Source: Negaprion brevirostris
Lineage: Eukaryota
Assembly (NCBI GenBank): GCA_030324005.1
Contig: JARDVH010000025.1
Span: forward strand, 74,538,336-74,602,335
Direction of reading: 5' to 3'
DNA length: 64,000 nucleotides
Part shown: piece by piece, positions 26,255-38,003 of the stretch
Layout: each line of letters begins with the position of its first letter
How positions within the stretch are numbered: the first letter of the stretch is position 1
Made by a program: the position numbers and the translations under genes
Notes under the pieces: model-generated
Told to the model about the DNA's origin: nothing
What the model saw: the letters and a program-made list of their open reading frames with translations, nothing else
Database searches by the model: none

Positions 26255-26596
26255 GTTCTTTCTTGGGATGTGGGCACCACTGGCAAATACAACATTTATT
26301 GCCCATCCCTGAGAGCAGTTTTTAAGAGTCAACCACATTGCTTTGGGTCTGGAGTCACACGTATGCCTGACCAGGTAAGGATGGTAGATTTCCTCCCCTA
26401 AAGGACATTAGTGAACCAGATGGGTTTTTACAGCAATCAACAATGGTTTCATGGTCATCATTAGACTTTTAATTCCAGATTTTTTTATTCAATTCAAATT
26501 TCACCATCTGCAATAGCAGGATTCAAACCTGGGTCCCCAGAGCATTATCCTGGGTTTCTGGATTATGAGTCAAGTCCACTGAGCCACCACCTCCCT
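26255..26596 (-). mobile_element. tRNA-derived SINE sharing its 3' tail with the 57040-type LINE
   Basis: Tail catttattgcccatccct, core ggtctggagtcacac...aaggacattagtgaaccagatggg, reverse B box ggattcaaacctggg. Confidence 0.85.
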
Positions 26597-26984
26597 GTAT
26601 TGTAGACATTGTTAATAGCACTCATGCCCATCCAAACTCCTGCACTGGATGGCAACGTTTTCAAGGGCACAAGGGAAATCCATTGGGTGAGTATTCAGAT
26701 AGACCCATGACCAACTGCACAATATAACAGATATTAAAGTCTATTTCCCTTGCAGCAGTTGTGATACATTCATTTTAATGCGTTCATAAAATGTAGGAGC
26801 AAATGTAAGCCAGTGGCCCATCAATGAGCCATTCAATGAGATCACATCTGAATGTTACTTAAAGCAGAAGGCTGATGGATAGTCAAGGTTATGGAAAATG
26901 TAAATTCAGAATATTACATTAAACTAAGGCACAAAAATAGCATGAAGGTGCACAGTTTCAAGATAAATTTACGAGAATGACAAT

Positions 26985-27600
26985 AAAACTGTACATTTAT
27001 ATGGTGCCTTTAACATAGAAAAATTGCCCCAAAATGCATCACAGAAGCATAACGAAAAATCAAAGAGCAGACCAGAGAAAGAGATATCAGGATGAGCTAG
27101 CCAAATGGTTGATAAAATGATGGATTTGAAAGGTGGTTCTAAAAGAGGAAAGACAAGTGGAAAAATGGAAGGTTTTAAGGAAGGAATCCCGGAGCGTGTA
27201 CCACACGCTGTGCTTCCAGTGGTGGGCAAAGGCAATGCACAAGATCAGAGTCAAAGGAATGCAAACACAGTGGAGTGCAGACATTCTGGGCTGGAGGAGA
27301 GTTAAGGAGGAGCAAGACCATAAAAGAATTTAATCACCAGAATAATTTTAAATTGAATGTGTTTAGGATCTAAGAGCTAATGTTTGTCAGAATGAAAGTA
27401 GTGATGAATAAATGGGACTTGGTTTAGATGAGTCTCCAAAAAGTGGGGAATGGAAGGTCAGCCAGGACATCATTGGTGTAGTTTGGTCTGGAGGAGACAA
27501 AGATATTGAAGAAAGTTTCAGCTCCATTTGGACTGAGGTAAGCTAAGTTCATCGTAGCAATCGACACCTGGAATGGACAGTCAGATAATTTGACCTGTGC
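26985..27600 (-). mobile_element. L2-type LINE 3' remnant
   Basis: Tail catttatatggtgcctttaacatagaaaa followed by purine-rich reverse L2 3' sequence. Confidence 0.55.
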
Positions 27601-29618
27601 CCAGTGAATCTTCAGGGAATAAGGACAGACCAAGTATTATAGCCAGTAAAGCACAGTGGACTCAGAATTGAACAAGGATATGTCTTTACCCAATAAAATA
27701 TCAGGAGATCAAGAAGGCACAAAACCTTGGGATTATTACAGAAAAAATTAGGTGTATACTGCAGTTGACCAGTGTAGGGTTTTTGTCCAGACGATTGAGA
27801 TGGGACAAACGGCTTTCCTCATCTGTCATTATCTTTAGATATTGAGGATACATATTAATCCCTGGATCATAGCTATGCTTTAAGAAGGCCTACAATATGA
27901 AGTGAATCGTGATATCTTAAGTTACATGTGGCCAAACCAATCTTCAGCTTCCTGAAAATCTGGTAATATATTACAGCCTAAGTTCACTATGGTAGCAAAG
28001 AATTAACTAATCTCCTGCAGGTTACACAACTTGACTGCACAGAGAGGCCTTCTGAAGGAGCAGGTGGTCAGGGAGCACGAGATGAAGCTAGCAGCAAAGC
28101 TGGATACTGTTGTTATGTAGGTGAACAACTTAAGAGTTGTTAACTTGTGAAAAAAACATTCAGCCCAGTATATGCCAACTCGATTCTACCCTGAGAGAAA
28201 AAACATCATATTCATAATTCATCAGGCGGTGGAGGGATCTGGGCTTGATGCCAATTCAGGAGAGAGATAAAAATGATTTTGGCAGGCCCCAAAAGAGGCA
28301 GGTTGACGTGGATGAATGGAAGGCCTTATCTTATTTCTATTTCCTTGTGTTCTCAGACTGTAAGTTGGATATGAAAGCACCCTATGTTACACTTCAAAGT
28401 GTGCAAGCAAAAGTGGAAAATCAGGTATCCATTTTCCAAAAGGAATTCCAGGTCTCACCAGTGTTCATTTAAATCTATATTTTGTCATTTTCACAAAATA
28501 TTGCATGCAATTTTTGGCAGCGATTTTGCATTGATATATTATTAAAAATACATTATATCAGCACTTTAAAAAATACTTACTGTCATTTTTAGAAGGTTGG
28601 AGCATAATTTTAGAAAAAATCAATGAGAGCTTAGAGAGCTACTAAAGTCTAAAGACCTGTACATACAGCCCCTTGTTTGCACTGTACTTACAGCTGTGAT
28701 GCTGTGTTTCTCTTGGCTGCTATCCAGGCAATAGGTAGAACTCAATCAGTATTACAAAGTACAGAGCAGGAAATGGAGGGTGAGTTTTCCAGTACACAAC
28801 ACTGCTTTGTGTATTAGAAACCTTGTGAATTTTCAATGCTGGCTGAAAGTACTTTCTGTGCACCAATGATACGTTCAATTATACATCATTGAATAAGTGC
28901 TGAGCTGTTTCTTTAATTCTTTTACTGTATTCTGTTTTTCTATGGATGTTGATGAGAAAATATCACTCTTGGAAATTAAGGAGAATTTATCTTAATTTCA
29001 AGGATCTTAGACAATGAATAAACTCTCAGTTTTATTAATAAAACAGCCCTGTAGAAATCGAACCATGATTTAATAAAGAAAGCAAAGGAGAGATGCAGAA
29101 ATTGATTCAAGTATGCTTTAGTAATGAATGAAGGCTATCTTGCTGATGGATTGGATATGGTGCAGGGAGCTGATCATTGAGGTTTAGTGTAAGGTTTCAC
29201 ACCACTGGGAAACTGGTGAGATTGTTGGAATCAAGGCTAGAAGAGGTGCATATGTGTTTAGGGGAGTCAAAGAGGATAATATCAATTTAACCAACATTTA
29301 GCTGGAGGATGTTACATCTTACCCAGCTTCTAATGTGAAGCAATCANNNNNNNNNNGAAGAAACAGTAGTGATGCTTTAGGAGTTGATAGAATGGACAAA
29401 GAGATTTTGAGAAGAATCATTCACACACATTTAGAAGTTGATATTGTGTTTTTAGCTAACGTTTTCATGGGCGAGCAAATCAGTGATGAAGAGAAATGAT
29501 AAAGCTCTGAAGTAAACCACGTGATCATGTGGATATGGGAAGAGACGTTTTTGGAGAAAGACAAAGGCAAGCTTATGAAACTTATGAGAGTGTGGATTAC
29601 AGAATCAACCTTATTGTT

Positions 29619-29838
29619 AGAGAAAATGCTGGAAAATCTCAGCAAGAGTGGCAGCATTTTTAAGGAGAGAAAAGAGCTGACGTTTCAACGCCAGACGACC
29701 CTTTGTCAAAGCTTTGATAAAGGGTTGTCTGGACTCAAAATGTCAACTCTTTTCTCTCCTTACAGATGCTGCCAGACCTGCTGATTCCAGCATTTTCTCT
29801 TTTGGTTTCAGATTCCAGCATCTGCAGTAATTTGCTTT
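29619..29838. mobile_element. Penelope-like pLTR fragment with inverted duplication (about 180-bp palindrome)
   Basis: 29619-29711 pairs with 29712-29800 around aaag|cttt. The + arm continues into the tail gattccagcatctgcagtaatttgcttt. Imperfect flanking repeat tcaacc(t/c)tatt. Confidence 0.75.
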
Positions 29839-30504
29839 CAACCCTATTATCCCTCTACACTAACAGGTGAGAGTAGAGCCATGAGGTGCCNNNNNNNNNN
29901 NNNNNNNNNNNNNNNNNNNNNNNNNNNNNNNNNNNNNNNNNNNNNNNNNNNNNNNNNNNNNNNNNNNNNNNNNNNNNNNNNNNNNNNNNNAGGTGCCATG
30001 GAAGTGGAGGAGAGTCACTAAAGTAGGACAAGGGGGTCAATAGTGTTATTGTCAGCTGACAGATTAAAACTCTTTAGGAGGAAGGAAGCTGCCAACACAG
30101 TTCCACAGGTTGTTATTTATTATTTTGCTCAGTGAGATTGCTCTGTTTTTCTGAACCGGAAGCTTGATTTGAGGGACATCATGGAATAATCAAAAAGGGA
30201 GGAGCATAATTTCAAGGTATCCATAAATTCCAGGATTCTACAAAAGAAATGAGTGGGTAGAGAGAAATGCAGGGGAAGGAGTAGCTCATGAATCATGTGT
30301 CTCCAGAAAGAATGTAACCCCAGCATTCGGATCTCCACTCCCTTACAAACATATCTCCCCTGTGGATACACAGGATCAGTGAATTTATCATCCACAGTAC
30401 AATTTGGAGTGACACCATGGAGAAACATACTAAAATAATGTAACTTTTATTATTATATAATAAGTGAGAAAATGAGGAATTATCAAGCATTGTGTAACAT
30501 TCAA

Positions 30505-30625
30505 ACATAGAAAATGGAAACAGGCGTAAGCCATTTGGCCCTTTGAGCCTGCTATGCCATTCAATATGATCATGGCTGATCCTCTATCTCAACATCAATT
30601 TCCCATGCTCTCCTATATCCCTTGA
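30505..30625 (-). mobile_element. CR1/HER1-type 3' tail
   Basis: aacatagaaaatggaaacaggcgtaagccatttggccctttgagcctgc...tcatggctgatc. Similar copies at 42452-42590 and 46071-46160. Confidence 0.75.
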
Positions 30626-30784
30626 CATTACTATTGTGAGTCAGTTTGCTCCAAACCTAGATATAATTATTTTCATAAAGTGAACACAATAACACAAGAT
30701 ATAGGAGCAGTAGTAAGTCGTTTGGCACCAAGCTTGCCCCAACCTTTGGCTCTTTCTCAAACAAAAGTCTGTTTGACCTGGAAC

Positions 30785-30880
30785 AAAGCAGAGTCATATT
30801 TGATTTGAAACACTAACTCTGCCTGTCTCTCTGTACAGGTGCTGCCAGACCTGCTGAGTTTCCCAGCAATTTCTGTTTCA
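30785..30880 (+). mobile_element. Penelope-like pLTR fragment
   Basis: gctgccagacctgctgagtttcccagcaatttctgttt, same family as 29712-29838. Related fragments at 6583-6650 (+) and 43130-43205 (-). Confidence 0.6.
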
Positions 30881-31914
30881 TCAGGCAATCACTTACAGAC
30901 AATTAATAGTTAAATGGCCTTGACAGGTAATACCTGTTCACTAAATAGCAGTTTCTTTTACAGTTTTTCAAGTTGTCAGTTAAGTTTGAATTTTAAACTA
31001 AATTTCAGAGTAAGATATACTCACCAGAGAATTCCCACTCCCACCAAGTTCCAACTTTTGCATGCCATATATCCTGTACTCCTTTTAAAACCAGCCTGTG
31101 CGTTAGCAAATTTTATTTACTTTGAATGTTCTCTTCCGTGGTATCTCCCACTGTCAGAACGTGAACACACATAGGTTGAACAAGCTAGGCTAGGACATAT
31201 ATTTGCATCTCTAATACGCGGCTCTAAATATTACTGCTCTGACTATTGGGGTTTAGTTTTAGCTGCCAGGAACAAGGAAAAGTGAGCAATCAGGAAAGGT
31301 TTAAGGTTTCTTTGTGGGATATAGAGGAGCAAGAGTGCTCTTCCTGACTCATATGGAAACCTGTAAAAACAATTATATAAAATATGCTGCCTGGGCCTCT
31401 TCTGGCCCTAAATGCAGTCACTTATATTTTCCATCTCTCTTGTCTTGCTTCTTCCCTGAAGTACAATCGCTCACAACTGGGAGACCCTTTCATTGGCATA
31501 TAACAGCTCTACAAGTGACCAGTCTTTATGTGAACCTGAATATTAAGTATCGGGAGCAGTTTGGAGGAATCTCAAAGGAGCTTGATGCTGGCCATACCTA
31601 ATATCTACAGATACTTTCCAGCAATTGGTAAATGGAGAACGAAAGCCTCTTGGGTCTCTGAGGTCAATTATATTGTCCTCATTAACACATGAGTGGGATC
31701 AGCTAATTCAGCAAGGCCTTTCCTGCTCAGCAGCACTGAAGGCAATTAACTTACCCACTGGTCCACAACTCATCCATTTTAAATTAAGGAAGTAAACAGG
31801 TGTCGGTATAAATTTTATGGTTATTAGTTCATTTGGACCTTCCATGTCATAAGAATTCTGAGACTTTATTCGCTTGTACATTCTGTCTTAAAGGGCAACT
31901 TTTTAAAAATTAAT

Positions 31915-32252
31915 TTTATGAGATATGAGCATCGCATTTACAGCCTATTCCTAACTACCCTCCATTTCAAAGGGCATTTGAGAGTCAACCACATTGCTAT
32001 GGATGTGGAGTCACTTGCAGGTCAGACCAGGCAAAGACAGCAGATTTCCTTCCCTAAAGGACGTCAGTGAACCAGATGGTGTTTTTCAACAATTGACAAT
32101 AATATCATGATCATCATTAGATTTTTAAATCCAGACTTTTATTGAATTCAGACTTCGCCATCTGACATGGTAGGATTTCAACCCAGGTCCCCAAGTTTTG
32201 CTCTGAGTCTGCAGATTACTAGTCCAGTGACAATATCACTGTGCCACTGCCC
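31915..32252 (-). mobile_element. tRNA-derived SINE (same family as 26255-26596)
   Basis: gagtcaaccacattgct...cagatttccttccctaaaggacgtcagtgaaccagatgg...attactagtccagtgacaat. Confidence 0.85.
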
Positions 32253-32304
32253 CTAACTAGAAGCACAATCCTTGTGGATAAATGAGTGTCACCAAGGGGC
32301 TTTG

Positions 32305-32692
32305 TGTCAGTTTTGGTTAAGTGGTAGCTTTCTTATCTTTGAGTTGTAAGGCAGTGGCTTCAAGTCTTGTTCCAGGAATAATCCAGGCTGGTAATTTAGT
32401 GCAGTTCTGAGAGAGTATTTACTGCATTCTCAGAGCTGCTATCCTACAAATGAGACTTTAAACCAGAGCCTCATCTGTGAGCTCTGATCAATGCAAAATA
32501 TGCCACAGCACCATTCAAGGAAAATTGGGGGATTTCTGCCAAAGGCCTAACCAACATTCTTCTCTTAATCAACGCCAGCGCTTTAACTGCTTTTACAAAT
32601 CACCTGCCAAAGATGGAGACAGTAACAAGACCTCAAAAGTAATTGCTCAGCTTTGGGGATGTCCCAAGGATGCTTTAGGTGTTGTATAAATC
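32305..32692 (+). mobile_element. Deu-domain SINE (SacSINE1-like)
   Basis: Head gtggtagc...ggcttcaagtc, core atgagactttaaaccagagcc, tail ctttggggatgtcc...gtataaat. Confidence 0.65.
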
Positions 32693-32699
32693 AGAGATA

Positions 32700-32890
32700 G
32701 GATGTGTTCCTGAGAAGCGAAAGGATTGGGGATCATGCATAAAAGAAAATGCTCTGACTTACATTTTGCTGGAGAATAAATAATATGTTGTTCAAGTAAG
32801 CAACTGAAGTGTCAACTGTAAGTAGGTTCTGAATAAAAATGGGATGTGTTCCTGAGAAGAAAAAGCATTGGGGATCATGCATAAAAGAAA
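32700..32890. repeat. 49-bp direct repeat, two copies 142 bp apart
   Basis: ggatgtgttcctgagaag..aaag.attggggatcatgcataaaagaaa at 32700-32748 and 32842-32890. Confidence 0.9.
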
Positions 32891-34300
32891 GCATTCAATT
32901 TAGAACCCATTTATACTTCAGTTATCTTCCCTGGCAATGCACTCCATAACTTCAGACCATCTTCATGAGTGCCCATTGAGTTTTGTTAATGTTTGTATAA
33001 GAAATGGTGCTATGAGGGCTGTTTATCATTTCAATTGCAGTGTTATGGTGTATTTTGACATATCAGTGCAATTAATTTTGTAAAAAAAGAAAAAACCTTT
33101 TTTCCAAATGCTATTTCATGATGATGGCATCCTTTGAGAGAGTGCTGAATACAAATGGCCCGAATGTTTCATATTCCTCTGTTAAGTGTCTCCTGGAGCA
33201 TAATTGAATGCCCTCTTCTATGATATGTTTGGTGACATGTTTAATCAGGCTGGTGGGAACATTGCAGCATTCCTGTCAATGCCCCAATTGAGTAAATGAA
33301 TAGGAAGCCCATGGACTGCATATCTATCCTGTCACCAGTTGGGCCCTTAAGTGGGCAATTTAATGTCCATTTAAGGGTCGCATCCTGCTGCTGCTAGACC
33401 CAGTAGCTGATGGGGGATGTGCCATATGTGAAGCCTGGTCTGTTTGCTTACTGGCATCTGGAGGGGGTGGTGGGGGTTTGGGGTTGGGGGTGGGGGCTTA
33501 TTGAGGGAACTAGGATTGGGAAGGAGGTGGCCCACTCAGAGGCAGGCCTCTGCTCTTGCTGACAACCACCTCCCCTTGCTCCTTGGGACTCTATCATTCA
33601 TTTCTCATTGGGTCCATGGTGACCCCAGGCCTCAGGCAGATGTGGAACCAGCAATAGCGACCATCTCCCTCATGCTAATGCTGAGAAAGCCCCACTACTG
33701 CCCAGTTAAGCATCTCGCTGGCACTTAATGCAACCAACCTTCCTGAAAAAGAGGCGGTATGAGGCATTTAGGACAGCTGGGTTGCCTTGACAACGGAACT
33801 GTGAGAAAGTGCTGTCATTGTGAATACACAATTCTACCATATTACTGCAGCTGAAAAGGTTGATTTTCCCTGTCCATCAATCCTGCTGTGTAAGAGACCA
33901 CTTGAAAGTCTTGGAGAAACATATGCTGACTTCTCGGGTGAAATGATCAAAAAGGAGAGAAGAAATTTTTTTTGAAATGGTTGGGAATTCACACCACCAG
34001 CCTTATTCCCATTATTAGCAATGAAGCTAATACCATAGATATAAGGCTTATTAGGGAACCAGGAGTCCTCAATTATGCAAGTCACTCATTTTTTCTTTGG
34101 AAAATTATAGTTATGCAAAATGCCTGCTGTTCATCTCCCACCTGGAGAAACACATAACATTTCAAAAAGATGTAGAAGTAAAGGCAAACTGTTTATAATC
34201 CAGTGATACAATCCTAGCCTTATTGTGTGTCTTTTGTTGATGTCTAATATATTGGGTGATAGAATTCTATAGAGTCATGAATGTTTTTTCACTTCTTTAG

Positions 34301-34347
34301 GATCTGAAGAAAACACCACATCAAAGCAGGAGTCAGTAAAAATAGAG
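34301..34347 (+). CDS. DNMT3A: Small upstream DNMT3A coding exon (equivalent to human exon 5)
   Basis: Strong acceptor gttttttcacttctttag| and donor GAG|gtaata. 47 nt, phase 1/0, so it splices in frame to 37857. Encodes (G)SEENTTSKQESVKIE, resembling recalled human GKEQKETNIESMKME (ES-x-K-x-E end; human exon recalled as 44 nt, same phases). Confidence 0.75.
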
Positions 34348-35100
34348 GTAATACCCCTTCTTTCATCTTATATATAACGTAAACACATATGTATACACAG
34401 GGTAGTGAGTATCCTTGGAACACTGATTCCGATTACATGATGTTTTAGCCCAGTAGGTTTTTTTTAACATGTCAGAATGTTTATGTAACTTCCTTCCTAT
34501 TAAATGATGTAATGTAATGGATGATTCCAGGCAGAGTAGAAGAGAGCAGACCAACAGTCCATTTTGCAAAAAAAAATCCCATTATCTACAAAATAACGGT
34601 TTGCTAGAACGGCAGTCAAATGAAGCAGTATAATCTCTGGATTCATATCATAAACCTGAAAAGCTTGAAGGTTTTATAACATTGTCTTCACTTCCATTGT
34701 TCATTCAGGCATGTGTCACGTGAACTTCAATAAAATCAGCTTGGTAATTTTCACTTTACGTCAGGGCACGTATCAGAGCACACTTTTTTTTAAAAAATCT
34801 GGACATCATTCATCCATTTTTGTTAATCAGAGAAGTGAAATATACCGTCATGCGTTCAGCAACAATCAATTCATGTGGAGCTTCTATCTGAAACCATCAT
34901 AATTGTTATGACTGGGATGGGAAGGGTGCATGGTTAATCCAGCTCCCACTCCTCCAAAGATCACACTATTAACATAAGTGTTTAATTTACTCACCAAAAT
35001 ATCAATTATTTACCTTGCTACCATTAGACCCAGAATAAAAGAGACTTTAACCAGGCTTCTTTCAATAAATTCAGAATGATTGTTTTATTATAGAACAAAA

Positions 35101-35975
35101 TGAGGGTGATTTGTCCAGCTCCCTACACTGCTTTAGGAGCACAGTGTGCAGGGAGACTGAAGTGGAGGATATTTAGCATGCTGTCCACTGGGCATACAGC
35201 GTCAGCGAGTCTCCAAGTGCTAGATTTCCAGCGCCATCACTTCCACGGCAGAAATCGGCACTGAAATCTCAGGGTCTGCGAGCCTCACCCCGCGCCCGTC
35301 TGCCTCCACTCCCCAAGGAGTATTTCATTCCGGCAGGGTTCAGAATAACTTCCCACTTGAAAAGACCTGGTTGCCCGGCCCTGCTAGAGTGAAAGGGGCC
35401 AACCCCCCCCCCAGGTGGTTGTGGCTAAGAGGGGAGTGCCCTCTGGGTATTGTCAGCTTGGCAGTGCCAATCTGGCCCCAGGCACTACCCAAGGGACAAT
35501 GTGGCAATGTCCAAAGGGGCACCTTGGCACTGCCCACCAAGTATCAGGCAATGCCAAGGGGGCAGGGCCTATAGGGGCTGGGCCTCTGGTTGGTGGGGTG
35601 GAAGGGAGGATCAGGGCTGCGAAGAGGTGTCAGGGGGAGATCGGGACTGCTGGGGTGGGGTTGGGGAAATAGGGATTGGGAATTAGAGGTGGGGGAGATT
35701 GAGGCAGGCTGGGAGGGGTCGAGGCTGGCTTAGACACATCCAGGAGACCAGCAATGCGCCATGATGGGGCCTGGGGGCAGTCAGTGAGCCAGCGATGAGG
35801 GGTCGCTGCTGGCCGTTCCAGTGGAAATAGACCTCACCCACCGATTTCAGGCGTGATTCACACTCGAGAGTGTGGGAGATTCATTTTGAAAATCCCACTG
35901 AAAAAAACCAGCGGGATTTACTCCAGTTTTTACGTGACTTCGACACTTAGAATTTTTTGGGGAGAATCCGACCCA
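35101..35975. mobile_element. Non-autonomous GC-rich DNA-transposon-like insert
   Basis: Sharp GC rise relative to the flanks, imperfect terminal inverted repeats (gggtgatttgtcc / ggagaatccgaccc), and internal tggcac/gtgcca and G-rich low-complexity tracts. Confidence 0.55.
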
Positions 35976-36424
35976 ACTTTTTTAAAAGACATCTTACAAA
36001 ATCTGGTCAGCGTACAATTTGTAATGTGTAAGTGTGACCATCTATCCAATTTAAAAATACCCCAGAGTGCACACATAAACAAATGACAAACTGGGTGTCA
36101 CTGCAGAGCTTGGCAGTTAAAGAAGACTTTATGGATAGTATAATGGGTTTTGACATCGTCAATGGCTTGCTCCATCATGTGAAGGATGATCGCTAGTCCC
36201 AGTAGATGCTTGCAGGTTCTCACCAAGGGAGCTTTGGCATGGAGGAGAATAAAACTGGATCAATCTTTGGGCTCTTCCTCTCTTCTCAGCCTCTTTGGAT
36301 TCAAAATGCAGCCAAGTTCTGTGGAGATGAGGTTCCTAGCTGGATACTGATAATCCCACTGTATTTCAGCCAAGGCAAGGACAGCACAGTAGTTTTTTAC
36401 CTTCTCAGTTCATTGCCAGCCGAG

Positions 36425-36574
36425 TTTTCTTGAACTGTGCTTTATATTGTTTTAAAAGATTTGCCCCTGGCGCAAAAATCAGTATTTAATAGGCATTCTC
36501 CTCTCTTTAAACCTTCAGGCAACAAAAGTTAATATATCAACAGGGGAATGGATGGTGTAGTGGTAATGTCACTG
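36425..36574 (+). repeat. 150-bp segment duplicated at 40544-40693
   Basis: ttttcttgaactgtgcttta...ggcattctcctctct...tatatcaacaggggaat...gtagtggtaatg.cactg aligns co-linearly with 40544-40693. Confidence 0.9.
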
Positions 36575-36956
36575 CCCTCGACCATCCGGGGGGCCTCAAG
36601 GGCCTCCGGTCCCACCAGCCAGGCCAACACCGACCAGGGACCATATGTGATCCTCACCGGTGAGGACCTCCACACTGTTCAGACAAGTGAGCCTGGACAA
36701 TTCCATCCTGGGTGCACTAATCATACTGAAATTAGGTTTTAATCAGAGATGTGAAATGTACATGATGGACATGAAGCTGATCACACCAGCTTCATAGTGC
36801 CGGTCGTGTGGAGCAAGAAACGGGGCACAAACCCGCTTTTTCACCTCTCTCGCGATCTTATTGGCTCACCGCATGATCAACCAGTAGTATGAACTGGTAA
36901 GATCGCTCTCATAGTGTGAAGGAAAGCTGACACTTCACTGATAAGCCACATACTCG

Positions 36957-37139
36957 GGGGTGGGAGTTCTCTGGCCTGCCTGCAGCATGTTTCTTGCGGC
37001 AGGAGGCAGCGCGCTATTTCCTGAAGATCCCACTGCTGTCAATGGGAAGGTACCCCTCACCGCCGGGCAACCTGCAGTGGGGTGCATCGTCACTGGAACC
37101 AGAAGATCCCGCGGTGTGAACAGCCAGAAAATTGCAGCC
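36957..37139. mobile_element. Short MITE-like element
   Basis: Ends gggtgggagttctctggcc ... gccagaaaattgcagcc. Related copies at about 11312-11425, 21736-21851, 45481-45607 and 48798-48880. Confidence 0.55.
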
Positions 37140-37419
37140 ATTGTCTCCTACTCATTATTTTTCGAAAGCCCATTTGTAGTTGGATCAAAAAGTGCAGAAT
37201 ATAGCCAAAAAGGCTGAACATTGAACATACTACTCACATGTTTAATTGACCAAATGAAATCTTAATCTTGCCACTGACTTCATTTTCTAAAAGAAACAGT
37301 GAAATCCTCAGCTCCTTGTGCTCAGATATGATTCTTGGAAGAGGTTCTAACTTTATTTTTAGTTTGTTTGCCAGCGTTCAGGAAAATCTGAAATGCTCAA
37401 TGTTTTACCTACCTCACAT

Positions 37420-37573
37420 TAAGATGTTCTTTCTCTACACCCTCACTCTGACTGTAACACTACATTCTGCATTATCTTGTTTCCTTCTCTATGAACGGTA
37501 TGTTTTGTCTGTATAGTGTGCAAGAAACAGTACTTTTCACTGTAAATATATGACAATAATAAATCAAATCAAA
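37420..37573 (+). mobile_element. LINE 3' tail (L2/Rex-like) with (AAATC)n end
   Basis: ctgtaacactacattctgc...tacttttcactgt...gacaataataaatcaaatcaaa. Confidence 0.65.
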
Positions 37574-37856
37574 AAATTCAACAAAATGCCCAAGCCAAAG
37601 ATAGCTACTTAACTCTTTTCACAGTAGCCAATATTTTGTATAAATCTTCATAAAAGCATTTTTGACTGTAGTTTGACATGAACTTTCACCTCCTTCCAGT
37701 TTCATCTCCATCCAACAGGGAGCTAGCTGCTGGTAGCACCCAGAGCTACCTACTCTCACTCGGTAATCGTTCATTTAGAAGGTAGAGGTGAATAAAAGAT
37801 AAATTATTGATTAATGTTTTCTAATATTGTCAACAACATCCATGTTTTTTGAACAG

Positions 37857-38003
37857 GGGACGAGGGGGCGACGTCGTGGCCAGTCAGGGTGGGAGAGTAG
37901 CCTACGTCAGAGACCTATGCAGCGAATAACTTTCCAGGCTGGCGATCCCTATTATATCAGCAAAAGGAAGAGAGATGAGTGGCTTGCAAAATGGAAGAAG
38001 GAG
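37857..38003 (+). CDS. DNMT3A: Internal coding exon of DNA (cytosine-5)-methyltransferase 3A (equivalent to human exon 6, about aa 165-213)
   Basis: Acceptor ...tttttgaacag| and donor GAG|gtgagt. 147 nt, phase 0/0. Translates [49 protein letters not shown], near-identical to the recalled human DNMT3A segment [49 protein letters not shown]. Confidence 0.96.

Noticed and set aside
34903-36420. Possible reverse-oriented LTR starting TGTTAT and hosting the 35101 insert
   Set aside because: No matching CA end or TSD could be located.
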